From: Eledone cirrhosa
Taxonomy: Eukaryota
DNA length: 64,000 nt
Assembly (NCBI GenBank): GCA_964016885.1
Contig: OZ024764.1
Location: 12,772,001 to 12,836,000 of the forward strand
Direction: 5' to 3'
Below, in pieces: positions 13,276-27,054 of the stretch; positions within the stretch are counted from its first letter, which is position 1; each line of letters starts with the position of its first letter. The position numbers were made by a program, and so were the translations under genes. The notes below the pieces were generated by a model that was not told the DNA's origin, did not search any database, and saw only the letters and a list, made by a program, of their open reading frames with translations.

Positions 13276-13563
13276 ACAATATTAAATAAATGGAAAACTA
13301 TATTTATAAAACCATATTTATTTCATTATATATATTTCGGGGATATCATATTAACAATATGCTATGCCTTCATCAGACAAAATACAATATAAACAGTTTT
13401 ATAGATAAATTACGGTATGTCGAATATATTTATCTATAAAACTGTTTATATTGTATTTTGTCTGATGAAGGCATAGCATATTGTTAATATGATATCCCCG
13501 AAATATATATAATGAAATAAATATGGTTTTATAAATATAGTTTTCCATTTATTTAATATTGTA
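13276..13563. repeat. Fold-back element (about 135-bp arms) with degenerate hammerhead core
   Basis: Arms are near-perfect reverse complements; CTGATGA..GAAA at about 13462-13504. Related copy at 26655-26950. Confidence 0.85.
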
Positions 13564-14579
13564 TATATATATATATATAGTAATAATAATAAAATTGAAA
13601 ACTAAAATCCAAAGAGGACTCGATAATGTTTCAGAAGATCCCGTTAAGGGTGAAAGCAGCGATTCTTTGCTTAAACTTTAATCTGTTACTTTAATAAATA
13701 TATATATATATATATATATAAATATATATGAAGGATCTTTATAAAATACAAAAATTGATGTTGAGATTTGATGTTAGCAAAGCCTGCTTTCTCTGCTTTG
13801 GATTATCAAAACATTCGTTATTAGGTTAAACTGTTTTTTCCTTTAAAACTCCTGCATTCTGAATCACGAAGAAGACATTGGTTTAGGTAGCTTCTGCCCT
13901 TGCTCAAATAAAATAAATAAGGTCTGAGATCTTGTTGATGGAACAGCTCACATCAGCCTCAGATAATCTTATGTTACATATGCACTGTTATATAATTCAA
14001 TTTCGGATATAATTTATTTATAAATTTACCTAATTTTCAATATTAAAGCACTTTATCTACCTGTAACATTTCAATTTACCTGTAAGGTGAGTGACAAATT
14101 TTAATTAATTACATTTCAGAATCTTTTCATCTTCATTGCAGGTAGTTATGTGTAAGTGTGCATGCATGTGTGTGTAGGTGTGTATATATGTATGCACGTG
14201 TGCTTGTATGTGTATATGTGTATATGTGTAAGTGCATGCATGTGTCTGTAGGTGCGTATATATGTATGCACGTGTGCTTGTATGTGTATATGTGTATATG
14301 TGTAAGTGCATGCATGTGTCTGTAGGTGCGTATATATGTATGCACGTGTGCTTGTATGTGTATATGTGTATATGTGCATATGAATGTAATTGTTTTTATG
14401 CATGTGCAAATATGCATGTATATGTATGTGTGTATATATATGTGTGTATATGTATTGACGCATATATATATATATACATACATATATATATATGTGTGTG
14501 TGTGTGTGTATATGCATATATATATATACATATGTTTGTGTGTAAATGCATATATATGTATTGATGCATATATACTTAT

Positions 14580-14631
<52 letters not shown>

Positions 14632-14747
14632 CAATGATGATATATATGTATGTTAATATGCATGCATGCATTTATACATGTGTGTATGTGTATACACACA
14701 CACACATATATATATATCTATACATAAATATATATATATTTATATAT

Positions 14748-14783
<36 letters not shown>

Positions 14784-14793
14784 GTATATTATA

Positions 14794-14839
<46 letters not shown>

Positions 14840-15047
14840 ATATATATACATACACAGACACACATATATATGTGTGTGTGTATATGTATATACAGTGGCT
14901 AATTTATTTTCTTTTTTAGCTCTCTACAAACATTTTGATAAATTCCAATAGTTCCTGCTTATTGCACCTTTGCAATGCACCTGCTTAATATACATTGAAG
15001 TGCAACATAGATCTAATAATGTGCACAATTCTTCTATACCAAAATTC

Positions 15048-15103
<56 letters not shown>

Positions 15104-15148
15104 TTATATATATGTATGTCAGTGCATGTATATAAATCTCTCTCTCTC

Positions 15149-15179
<31 letters not shown>

Positions 15180-15735
15180 GGTGGCTGCCAACTCGTTTTC
15201 GAGTACGGCCACTACTTTATATCCATGTAGGAGAACCCCTACCGATGCGCTGAACGAGTGTGACCTTTTAGTCCAGCCAGCGACTTGAAAACTCTGGTAC
15301 AAACACTACACTTGTGACAATTATTGACACATAGTGCAGGGCCCATGGTACCATGTGACGACAAGTGCAGAGAGATCTCCAGATATAAAGCAATGCCTGT
15401 GCCGTGAAGCTTTTATAGTGAGCAAAGGCACTGCACAAAGCCAGTCCCACTCTCTTAACCAAGATGATATTTACCAAAAAGAAGAACAAATCAACATCAT
15501 TGGATACCATCAGAGTTGCAGGTGCTATATCAGTTTTCCTTCTCCTAGAATTCTGCCTTGACAAAGGCTAAGGGGTCATCTCGCCCGGTGATTTTGGATG
15601 GCCATTGACTCTTAAGAGCTCCTTTTCCCTTTGACAGGTTTTGTTTTTAGTCCTGCAGGATGTCCAAAGTCACCCTCCTCACCAACAAAACTTGGTGGGG
15701 TTGCCAGTTTAGTCGCCAACGACCCGACCATGTAT
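15180..15735 (-). mobile_element. Dispersed repeat family C (non-autonomous, RTE 5'UTR-like segment)
   Basis: Near-identical copies at 41887-42340 and 43114-43546, fragment at 1-42, diverged relative at about 7838-8125. Strand is inferred from resemblance to RTE 5' regions. Confidence 0.75.
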
Positions 15736-15931
15736 AGATAGATAGATGTAAAGGATTAAGGACCCTGACGGATGAGCTCCTGCCATATCAACAGATACTG
15801 TATACTTATGTATATCGAGATGTACAAATATATATATAACCAAAGATTAATACGGTTCATTGATTACTCAACGAATACAATTTTACAATAGATTAGAAGC
15901 ACCCAACAAGCACGTTTTCCTGGAGTTTTTA

Positions 15932-16221
15932 ATATTATTCGAAATGTTAACAAATGAAAAATTTCATAATCAAAATATATACTCTATTGTATATATTTCA
16001 AAAGTACTGTGTTGTTTTTTCAGTACATTTTCATCAGACAAAATATATGATTTGACTGGAATTGAATAATTAAGACCATTGCGGTATGTCATATATCAAA
16101 TCATATATTTTGTCTGATGAGGACGTACTGAAAAAACAACACAGTACCTTTGAAATATATATAATAAAGTATATATTTTGATTATGAGAATATTTTTCAT
16201 TTGTTAACATTTCGAATAATA
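15932..16221. repeat. Fold-back element (about 125-bp arms) with hammerhead-like core
   Basis: Reverse-complement arms; CTGATGA-ggac gtactg..cagtac cttt-GAAA on the right arm. Confidence 0.82.
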
Positions 16222-16374
16222 TATAAATATATATATATATACACATATACAATATACATATGTATATTGATATATATATATCTATATATATATATCTACA
16301 CCTGGCAATGATGATGATGATGGTGAAGTTGATGATATACACTTCAAAGGCCCATCTCACTATGATGGCAATAA

Positions 16375-17737
16375 CCCTTGAAGCATTTACATTACTCTAT
16401 ATATACTATTGTATTGTCACAGTAAAGGCTTTACCTCACATAATACCTCACATAACATTACTCTATATATACTATTGTATTTTCACAGTAAAGACTTTAC
16501 CTCACATAATATCTCACACAACATTTACATTACTCTATATATACTATTGTATTTTCACAGTAAAGGCTTTACCTCACATAATATCTCATAACATTAACAT
16601 TACTCTATATATACTATTGTATTTTCACAGTAAAGACTTTACCTCACATAATATCTCACATAACATTTACATTACTCTATATATACTATTGTATTTTCAC
16701 AGTAAAGGCTTTACCTTACATAATATCTCACATAACATTTACATTACTCTATATATACTATTGTATTTTCACAGTAAAGGCTTTACCTCACATAATATCT
16801 CACATAACATTTACATTACTCTATATATACTATTGTATTGTCACAGTAAAGACTTTACCTCACATAATATCTCATAACATTTACATTACTCTATATATAC
16901 TATTGTATTTTCACAGTAAAGGCTTTACCTCACATAATATCTCACATAACATTTACATTACTCTATATATACTATTGTATTTTCACAGTAAAGGCTTTAC
17001 CTCACATAATATCTCACATAACATTTACATTACTCTATATATACTATTGTATTTCCACAGTAAAGGCTTTACCTCACATAATATCTCACATAACATTTAC
17101 ATTACTCTATATATACTATTGTATTTTCACAGTAAAGGCTTTACCTCACATAATATCACACATAACATTTACATTACTCTATATATACTATTGTATTTTC
17201 ACAGTAAAGGCTTTACCTCACATAATATCTCACATAACATTTACATTACTCTATATATACTATTGTATTTTCACTGTAAAGGCTTTACCTCACATAATAT
17301 CTCACATAACATTTACATTACTCTATATATACTATTGTATTTTCACAGTAAAGGCTTTACCTCACATAATATCTCACATAACATTTACATTACTCTATAT
17401 ATACTATTGTATTTTCACAGTAAAGGCTTTACCTCACATAATATCTCACATAACATTTACATTACTCTATATATACTATTGTATTTTCACTGTAAAGGCT
17501 TTACCTCACATAATATCTCACATAACATTTACATTACTCTATATATACTATTGTATTTTCACAGTAAAGGCTTTACCTCACATAATATCTCACATAACAT
17601 TGAATCTATGAGATTTTTATATTATTTATTTTGAGAACAATACCTTAACATCAGTATAAGTGGCCAGTTACAGCCGGTTTGAACAGAAAGAGGTGAGAGA
17701 ATTCTGGCCAGATATGACCGGTTTAAATGCTAAAGGG
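16375..17737. mobile_element. piggyBac-like MITE with internal 72-bp tandem array (about 17 units)
   Basis: Termini ccctt..gcattta / taaatgctaaaggg, flanked by ataa and ttaa. The 24-aa periodic ORF confirms the 72-bp unit. Confidence 0.8.
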
Positions 17738-17787
17738 TTAAAACAAACCCAAAACCAAAACCGAATCCTTCTGCCCCAATCACTTAC

Positions 17788-18015
17788 CATTTTTTTCTCC
17801 ATCTTCACAACGGCTTCGAGGAATCTGGGGATGTAGGCTTCCCGCTTGACGGGGGTGTTGTATTTAGTGTTGACGTTCTCGGGCTTCTTCAGCGATGCCG
17901 GATCCACATCATATTCTCCGGGACCAGGGACTTGGTTGAGTTGGAAGAAGTCCCTGCTACCTGTGTAATGGCCAAAGTGGCAACCCCTGTAGTTCTTCTT
18001 GTCGTAGCTGCTGGA
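17788..18015 (-). CDS. STPG2: Internal coding exon (228 bp, phase 0/0): SSSYDKKNYRGCHFGHYTGSRDFFQLNQVPGPGEYDVDPASLKKPENVNTKYNTPVKREAYIPRFLEAVVKMEKKM
   Basis: Acceptor ...ctccactctag, donor ATG|gtaagt. The Y.G.HFG...PGPG.YD...ENVN...IPR...EKK pattern is colinear with STPG2. Confidence 0.92.
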
Positions 18016-18029
18016 CTAGAGTGGAGAGT

Positions 18030-18568
18030 GAGAGAGAGAGGGGGAGAGTGAGTGACAGCTGAGTGTGAGTGTAAGAGAGAAAGTAATGGTTGAGAGAGTG
18101 ACAGTTGAGTGTGAATGAGAGAGAGAAAGTAATGGTTGAGAGAGTGACAGTTGAGTGTGAGTGTAAGAGAGAAAGTAATGGTTGAGAGAGTGACAGTTGA
18201 GTGTGAGTGAGAGAGTAACAGTTGAGTGAGGGTGTGAGAGAGAAAGTAATGGTTGAGAGAGTGACAGTTGAGTGTGAGTGAGAGAGAGAGTGACAGTTGA
18301 GTGAGGGTGTGAGAGAGTAAGTAATAGTTGAGAGAGTGACAGTTGAGTGTGAATGAGAGAGAGTGACAGTTGAGTGAGGGTGTGAGAGAGAAAGTAATGG
18401 TTGAGAGAGTGACAGTTGAGTGTGAGTGAGAGAGAGAGAGAGAGAGAGTGACAGTTGAGTGAGGGTGTGAGAGAGAAAGTAATAGTTGAGAGAGTGACAG
18501 TTGAGTGTGAGTGAGGAAGTAATGGTTGAGAGAGTGTGAGAGTGTGAGAGAGTAATGGTTGAGAGAGG
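18030..18568. repeat. GA-rich minisatellite directly upstream of the exon acceptor
   Basis: Recurrent gagagtgacagttgagtg and aagtaatggttgagag. Confidence 0.9.
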
Positions 18569-18652
18569 CACCTCTTAACCCAATGTACACCCCACCCCCA
18601 CACCCTACTCCTTAGGCCCTCTCCCATTCCGTCCACTGTGTTGATGAAACAA

Positions 18653-19918
18653 CAGTCCACACTGTAAAGTGGTCGTGTAGGAGACAGTAAAAAGGCTCCC
18701 AGTCCACACTGTAAGGTGGTCATGTAGGAGACAGTAAAAAGGCTCCCAGTCCACACTGTAAAGTGGTTGTGTAGGAGACACGGTAAAAAGGCTCCCAGTC
18801 CACACTGTAAAGTGGTCATGTAGGAGACAGTGAAAAGGCTCCCAGTCCACACTGTAAAGTGGTCGTGTATGAGACACAGTGAAAAGGCTCCCAGTCCACA
18901 CTGTAAGGTGGCCGTGTAGGAGACAAGGTAAAAGGCTCCCAGTCCACGCTGTAAAGTGGTCATGTAGGAGACACGGTAAAAAGGCTCCCAGTCCACACTG
19001 TAATGTGGTCATGTAGGAGACACAGTAAAAAGGCTCCCAGTCCACACTGTAAAGTGGTCATGTAGGAGACACAGTGAAAAGGCTCCCAGTCCACACTGTA
19101 ATGTGGCCATGTAGGAGACACAGTAAAAAAGCTCCCAGTCCACACTGTAAAGTGGTCATGTAGGAGACACAGTAAAAAGGCTCCCAGTCCACACTGTAAG
19201 GTGGTCATGTAGGAGACACAGTGAAAAGGCTCCCAGTCCACACTGTAAGGTGGTCATGTAGGAGACACAGTAAAAAGGCTCCCAGTCCACACTGTAAAGT
19301 GGTCATGTAGGAGACACAGTAAAAAGGCTCCCAGTCCACACTGTAAAGTGGTCATGTAGGAGACACAGTAAAAAGGCTCCCAGTCCACACTGTAAGGTGG
19401 TCATGTAGGAGACACAGTGAAAAGGCTCCCAGTCCACACTGTAATGTGGCCATGTAGGAGACACAGTGAAAAGGCTCCCAGTCCACACTGTAAGGTGGTC
19501 ATGTAGGAGACACAGTGAAAAGGCTCCCAGTCCACACTGTAATGTGGCCATGTAGGAGACACGGTAAAAAGGCTCCCAGTCCACACTGTAATGTGGCCAT
19601 GTAGGAGACATGGTAAAAAGGCTCCCAGTCCACACTGTAAGGTGGTCATGTAGGAGACACAGTGAAAAGGCTCCCAGTCCACACTGTAAGGTGGTCATGT
19701 AGGAGACACAGTGAAAAGGCTCCCAGTCCACACTGTAAGGTGGCCATGTAGGAGACATGGTGAAAAGTGGTTGGTATTAGGAAGGGCATCAGCTGTAAAA
19801 ACCCTGCCAGAGACACTTCCGTGCGAGGCATGATCTCCCGACTATTCCCGCATGAAATGGAACAAAATCGTCTAACCCATGCTAGCGTGGAAGATGGACG
19901 TTAGACAATGATGATGAT
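18653..19918 (+). repeat. About 51-bp tandem array (about 22 units) ending in the SINE A-type core and tail
   Basis: cagtccacactgtaa(a/g/t)gtggtcatgtaggagacacagt(a/g)aaaaggctcc, followed by aggaagggcatcagctgtaaaa and catgctagcgtggaagatggacg. Confidence 0.92.
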
Positions 19919-20558
19919 ATATATGTATATATATATATATATATATATTGCTTAAACTTTAATCTGTTATTTTAATAAATATTTTCTCTACGGTTCTTAT
20001 ATATCTGATATATATTTATCCTTATCGAGCCCTCTTTGGATTTTATATATATATATATATATATAAAATCCAAAGAGGAGAGTTCCTATTTAAATTAAAA
20101 CCTTCCAGTATAAGTTTGTATAAGAACCATGGTTTTAGTATTGATTTATTAAGATAAAGATTCATTTCATCAGAAATAGTCACAAAATGGTTAAAACAAT
20201 CAATATAGGGTTAAAACAATCAAAAGAATTAAACAGTTCTAGTCCTGTAGAAGCCATTTCTATATAAAATATTTATACTCTGCTATGTATTGAGTACCTT
20301 ACTTACTGTGGTTACCCCCGATTGAACCCAGGATAAATATATATATATGTCCCACCCTTGCAAGCAGGGAAAAGCGGACGTAAAATGATGATGATGATGA
20401 TGATGATATATATATATATAGGCTTAAAATCAAGAAGAAAGCAAGAACGGGGACAGGAAGTTTTCATCATCAGTTGTCTACTGGGGGTCTCCGATATTTC
20501 AATGCTTTAAAGACAATATATCTACCCCACACACATATATATATATATTAATATATAT

Positions 20559-20899
20559 GGAGGCACATGGCTTAGTGGTTAGAGCATTGGCCTTGCAATC
20601 GAAAGGTTGTGAGTTCAATTCTCAGACCGGGTGATGTGTTGTTTCCTTGAGCAAGACACTTTATTTCACATTGCTCCAGTTTACTCAGCTGTAGAAATGA
20701 GATGATAGGGACTGGGGTCCATATCATTCCACTGTAAAGTGGTCGTGGAGGTACCACGGCAAAAAAGCACCCAGCACTCACTGTAAATGAGGTTGGTGTT
20801 AGGAAGGGCATCTAGCTGTAGAAATCAAGCCAGAATTAGTTCCCGTCCCACCCTTGCAAGCAGGGAAAAAGCGGACGTAAAATGAAATGATGAAAATGA

Positions 20900-20900
<1 letters not shown>
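20559..20900 (+). mobile_element. Full-length SINE family A (single 49-bp unit, short tail)
   Basis: A-box TGGCTTAGTGG, B-box GAGTTCAATTC, core aggaagggcatc, (ATG)n tail, inserted in (TA)n. Confidence 0.9.
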
Positions 20901-20942
<42 letters not shown>

Positions 20943-21653
20943 TATAAGTGTGTGTGAGTGTGTGTATATATATATATATATATATAATCTTTCTTAAAGG
21001 GGCAAACATTCATTCGTAATGCAGGCACCAGAGGAAAGTGCTAGATGCAGAAAAAGCAATAGATCAATTAGGTCAATAGTAACATAATTACAAAAGGACC
21101 GCAGATCAAAGAGAAGGAATTTTGGTGAGACCAACCTGACAAGTTTTATTGACAGATCAAAGACGAGTTAAAATTCTTGGATACAACCAAAATTCTTAGC
21201 AGACCGGAATTTTGGTGGAACAATTTCCTTAGTATGGCATCGGTAGTTCCAGTGACAACATTTGGACAATTTTTTTGGCTGCCTTCCCAAACAGGGATCA
21301 CAACCTTCGAAGAGAAAATCTTTCTAAAGTTTTGAAAGGATCAGTGGTGGGGTGGATGGATGTGGATGGATTGGGTCTCATGAAAAGTGTGAGGTTTGAA
21401 AGGAAGGAGAAAAGGGGGGAGGTTGGTTAATGGTGGTGGTGGTGGTGGTGGTGGTGGTTCTGGTATTGTTGACCAAGGGAGGCTTGTTGATTATGTTTAA
21501 TGACCATGACTGTGTTGTTGATATTAGTGACTATATATATATATATATATATACACACAGATATATATATATATTTATAAATACATATATACACACACAT
21601 ATATATATATATGCTAGCATGGAAGATGGCCCGGTAAACGATGATGATGATGA

Positions 21654-21704
<51 letters not shown>

Positions 21705-22106
21705 CATACATATATATATGTACATATATATATATACACATATATATTTATACATATATATATATATGTACACACATATATATATATATATACACATATA
21801 TATTTATACATATATATATATGTACATATATATATATATATACACATATATATTTATACATATATATATATATGTACATATATATATATACACATATATA
21901 TTTATACACATATATATATTTATATTTATATACATATATTTACATACATATATACATATTTATATACATATATTTACATACCAACACACACATATATACA
22001 TATATATATATATATGATGATATATGTATATATATATATATATATATATGATGATATATGATGATATATAATATATATATATATGTATAAGTATATATAT
22101 ATATAC

Positions 22107-22138
<32 letters not shown>

Positions 22139-22147
22139 GTATATATT

Positions 22148-22179
<32 letters not shown>

Positions 22180-22339
22180 ATATTTATATATATATATTCC
22201 AACTAATATAGTTATGTTACATTGATAATGTTGATGATGATGGTGTTGGCAGATTGAATTTCCTTCACCCACCCACCACCACCACCACCACCACCATCAC
22301 CACCACCACCACCACCATACCACCACACCACTACCACCA

Positions 22340-22938
22340 CTACCACCACAACCATCACAACCATCACCACCATCACCACTACCACCACCACTACAACCAT
22401 CACCACCATCACCATCACCACCACTATGACCAGCACTACAACCATCACTACCATCAGCATTATCACTACCACTACTACAACTATTACCATACCACCCTCC
22501 TAACCCCCCATCTCCGCCCACTAACCCCTACCCGGCCTCCACCTCCCACTAACCCCCCCCCCCCCACCCACCACCACCACCACCACCCATACAGGCTATT
22601 AGTATTGTCTGAGATAGATTCTATCTCCTCCTTCTGCCCATTGTTGATGGTGGTGGTAGTGGTGTGGTGGTATGGTGGTGGTGGTGGTGGTGGTGGTGGT
22701 GTTGGGGGGGGGGGGGGGGGGGTTAGTGGGAGGTGGAGGCCGGGTAGGGGTTAGTGGGCGGAGATGGGGGGTTAGGAGGGTGGTATGGTAATAGTTGTAG
22801 TAGTGGTAGTGATAATGCTGATGGTAGTGATGGTTGTAGTGCTGGTCATAGTGGTGGTGATGGTGATGGTGGTGATGGTTGTAGTGGTGGTGGTAGTGGT
22901 GATGGTGGTGATGGTTGTGATGGTAGTGGTGGTAGTGA
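22340..22938. repeat. Near-perfect inverted duplication (about 230-bp arms) of low-complexity sequence
   Basis: 22340-22566 is the reverse complement of 22704-22938; the ORF track shows identical peptides on both strands. Confidence 0.92.
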
Positions 22939-23029
22939 TAGTGGTTCTGGTTGTTGGTAGTAGTGGTGGTGGCAGTGTTGTTAGTAGTAGTGGTGGGGTG
23001 GCAGCAGCGATGTAGTGGCAGTGTTAGTG

Positions 23030-23128
23030 TCAGTAGTAGTAGTGGCAAAGGTGAGGTGATGTAGTAGTGGTGGTGGTAGTAGTAGTGGTGGCACTGTTAG
23101 TAGTAGTGGTGGTGGTGAAGTGATGTAA

Positions 23129-23170
<42 letters not shown>

Positions 23171-23182
23171 CAGTGCTGAAAT

Positions 23183-23219
<37 letters not shown>

Positions 23220-23234
23220 CAGTGGTAAAGTGAT

Positions 23235-23265
<31 letters not shown>

Positions 23266-23329
23266 CAGTGAAGTGAAGTAATAGTAGTGGTAGTGGTAGT
23301 AGTAGTAGTAGTGGCAGTGGTGAAGTGAT

Positions 23330-23360
<31 letters not shown>

Positions 23361-23659
23361 CAGTGGTGAAGTGATGTAGTAGTAGTAGTAGTAGTAGTGG
23401 TAGTAGTAGTAGTAGCAGTGGTGAAGTGATGTAGTAGTGGTAGTAGTAGTAGTGGTAGTAGTAGTAGTAGCAGTGGTGAAGTGATGTAGTAGTAGTAGTA
23501 GTAGTGGTAGTAGTAGTAGTAGTAGTAGTAGTGGCAGTGGTGAAGTGATGTAGTAGTTGTAGTGGTAGTAGTAGTGGTAGTAGTAGTGGCAGTGGTGAAG
23601 TGATGTAGTAGTTGTAGTGGTAGTAGTAGTGGTAGTAGTAGTGGCAGTGGTGAAGTGAT

Positions 23660-23690
<31 letters not shown>

Positions 23691-23832
23691 TAGTAGTAGT
23701 AGTAGTGGTAGTAGTAGTGGCAGTGGTGAAGTGATGTAGTAGTAGTAGTAGTAGTGGTAGTAGTAGTAGCAGTGGTGAAGTGATGTAGTAGTAGTAGTAG
23801 TAGTGGTAAAGTGATGTAGTAGTAGCAGTAGC

Positions 23833-23867
<35 letters not shown>

Positions 23868-24098
23868 CAGTGGTGAAGTGATGTAGTAGTAGTAGTAGTA
23901 GTGGTAGTAGTAGTAGTAGTAGTAGTAGCAGTAGTAGTAGTAGTGGCAGTAGTAGTAGTAGTGGCAGTGGTGAAGTGATGTAGTAGTAGTAGTAGTAGTA
24001 GTGGTAGTAGTAGTAGTGGTGAAGTGATGTAGTAGTAGTAGTAGCAGTAGTAGTAGTAGTGGCAGTAGTAGTAGTAGTAGTGGCAGTGGTGAAGTGAT

Positions 24099-24149
<51 letters not shown>

Positions 24150-24214
24150 AAGTGATGTAGTAGTAGTAGTAGCAGTAGTAGTAGTAGTGGCAGTGGTGAA
24201 GTGATGTAGTAGTG

Positions 24215-24248
<34 letters not shown>

Positions 24249-24320
24249 CAGCGGTAAAGTGATGTAGTAGTAGTAGTAGTAGTGGCAGTAGTAGTAGTAG
24301 TGGCAGTGGTGAAGTAATGT
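23030..24320. repeat. (TAG)n microsatellite punctuated by GCAGTGGTGAAGTGATG
   Basis: Directly visible. Confidence 0.95.
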
Positions 24321-24567
24321 AGATACAGAAGGGGGGGGGCGGAGGTGTGTGAAGCAGGTGAGGGGGAGGGGGACCAAACTTTAAATCCAAGAAGTAAAAT
24401 TTGTTGATTGTCCAGGTCACATCACACATGACAGAGTCAGCGACCCCTGCCTCACTAACTAATCCCTTGTTTCAATTAATCAAACCCCCCTCTCTACCTC
24501 TCTCGGAAATTTAAATTTACAAATACACACATGTATGTATGAATGTGTGTGTATGTATATATATATA

Positions 24568-24652
<85 letters not shown>

Positions 24653-24656
24653 GTTT

Positions 24657-24687
<31 letters not shown>

Positions 24688-24704
24688 CATATATGTATAT
24701 ATAT

Positions 24705-24765
<61 letters not shown>

Positions 24766-25169
24766 CATACATATATATTTATAATATATATATATATATA
24801 TATATGTATATACATATATGTATATATATATATATATAGAGAGAGAGATACATATATATTTATATACTACCAAATCAACTTTTTAAATGGAAGTTGCATT
24901 ATTATATATTTATATATATATATATATATATACATATACATACATACATATATATTTATACATATATATATGTATATATATATATATACATACATATATA
25001 TTTATACATATATATATGTATATATACATATATATTTATATATTTATACATATATATATGTATATATATACATACATATATATTTATATATTTATACATA
25101 TACATATATATATATATTCATATATATATATATTCATATATATATATATACACACACACACATATATAT

Positions 25170-25425
25170 ATCATCATCATCATCATCGCTTAACGTCCAT
25201 CTTCCACGCTAGCATGGGTTAGACGACCGTTAGGTGACCGTGTCTCACTCGTATAGGACTGTCTGGTGGGTTTTCTACAGCTGGATGCCCTTCCTAACAC
25301 CAACCACATTTACAGTGTGGTCTGAGAGCCTTTTTACTGTGTCTCCTACACTACACAACCATTTTACAGCATGGACTGGGTGATTTTTGTCGTGACACCC
25401 TACACAACCTCTTTAGTTTGGACTG
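25170..25425 (-). mobile_element. SINE A-related copy carrying 51-bp-type unit remnants
   Basis: Tail, core and agcctttttactgtgtctcctaca. Confidence 0.75.
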
Positions 25426-25439
25426 GATATATATATATA

Positions 25440-26065
25440 TCATCATCATCATCATCACTGTTCTTCCACGCGAGCATGGGTTAGACGGATTGTCCTGTTG
25501 TGGGCAGTGTCCGGTCGGCTGACCTTGTCTTGCTCGTACAGGAACTGATTCTGGCTTGATTTCTACAGCTGGATGCCCTTCCTAACACCAACCTCATTTT
25601 TACAGTGAGTGCTGGGTGCTTTTTTGCCGTGGCACCTCCACGACCACTTTACAGTGTGGGCTGGGTGCTTTTTTGCCGTGGCACCTCCACGTCCACTTTA
25701 CAGTGTGGGCTGGGTGCTTTTTTGCCGTGGCACCTCCACGACCACTTTACAGTGTGGGCTGGGTGCTTTTTTGCCGTGGCACCTCCACGTCCACTTTACA
25801 GTGTGGGCTGGGTGCTTTTTTGCCGTGGCACCTCCACGACCACTTTGCAGTATAGGCTGGGTGCTTTTTTGCCGTGGCACCTCCACGACCACTTTGCAGT
25901 GGAATGATAGGGACCCCAGTCCCTATCATCTCATTTCTACAGCTGAGTAAACTGGAGCAACGTGAAATAAAGTGTCTTGCTCAAGGAAACAACACATCAC
26001 CCGGTCTGAGAATTGAACTCACAACCTTTCGATTGCAAACCCAATGCTCTAACCACTAAGCCATG

Positions 26066-26070
<5 letters not shown>
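25440..26070 (-). mobile_element. Full-length SINE family A with 6 tandem 49-bp units and the long tail
   Basis: Head at 26070-26010 on the minus strand; array at 25601-25900. Confidence 0.9.
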
Positions 26071-26125
<55 letters not shown>

Positions 26126-26272
26126 TATTTTCCGTTGTGTTGTAATATAAATATTACACACAGTAGATTATCAGCTCACGTAGAGTTTGCTCGACGGTTC
26201 CAGTTGTAGTTCCAAAAGTAATCCGGAGAAAAATAGAAAGATTTGAATGGATACAGTTTAGTTGAAAGGAAT

Positions 26273-26389
26273 TTATTGACACGTGTTTCTATAACAGTTA
26301 CATAACCTAAAACAGCTATCTACAAACTTTTAGTTATGCAGACATTCAATATTTCAATGTTATTATTTACTGTCATTTCATCAGAATAA
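26273..26389 (-). ncRNA. Type I hammerhead with extended stem II, inside fold-back element 26232-26609
   Basis: Minus strand: ttatt-CTGATGA-a atgacagt...actgttat a-GAAAC ACGT GTC-aataa. Stem I 5 bp, stem II 8 bp, palindromic stem III. Confidence 0.78.
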
Positions 26390-26603
26390 TATTACTGAGG
26401 ACCTATTTAGTTTTTATAGAGAATATTAGGAGGGAGGGGTGAAGTTGTTAGAAGAATAGTTGAAGGAGTGGTTTTTCGATAGCAGTGAAATATTGAATGT
26501 CTGCATAACTAAAAGTTTGTAGATAGCTGTTTTAGGTTATGTAACTGTTATAGAAACACGTGTCAATAAATTCCTTTCAACTAAACTGTATCCATTCAAA
26601 TCT

Positions 26604-26654
<51 letters not shown>

Positions 26655-26947
26655 AAAGTTTTATTTAAAATTGTTGGGTTACAACAAGTAAATATTTTAT
26701 AACCGATATAAAGCACTCAACAAGTTTTTGGAGTAGATATACGATATTAAACAAATGGAAACTACGAAGCCAGCCTCCTTTCTTAATGGTCGCTTATATT
26801 TATGGTACGTCAAAATTATTTATAAAACTGTTTATATATTGTATTTTATCTGAAGAAGGCATGCCATATTTTTAATATGATATCCCTGAAATATGTATAA
26901 TGAAATAAATATGGTTTTATAAATATAGTTTCCATTTGTTTAATATC

Positions 26948-27002
<55 letters not shown>

Positions 27003-27054
27003 CCCCATGATAACATGGAAAAATAGACATTAAAGTGATGATGATGATGATGAT

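Noticed and set aside
16903-17634. His-rich 24-aa repeat protein
   Set aside because: Translation of the 72-bp array inside a MITE.
20559-20635. tRNA gene
   Set aside because: A and B boxes are present but no convincing cloverleaf; it is the head of a multi-copy SINE.
21000-21340. Possible exon in a unique island
   Set aside because: No convincing splice-bounded open frame or PGP motif; flanking exons already join colinearly.
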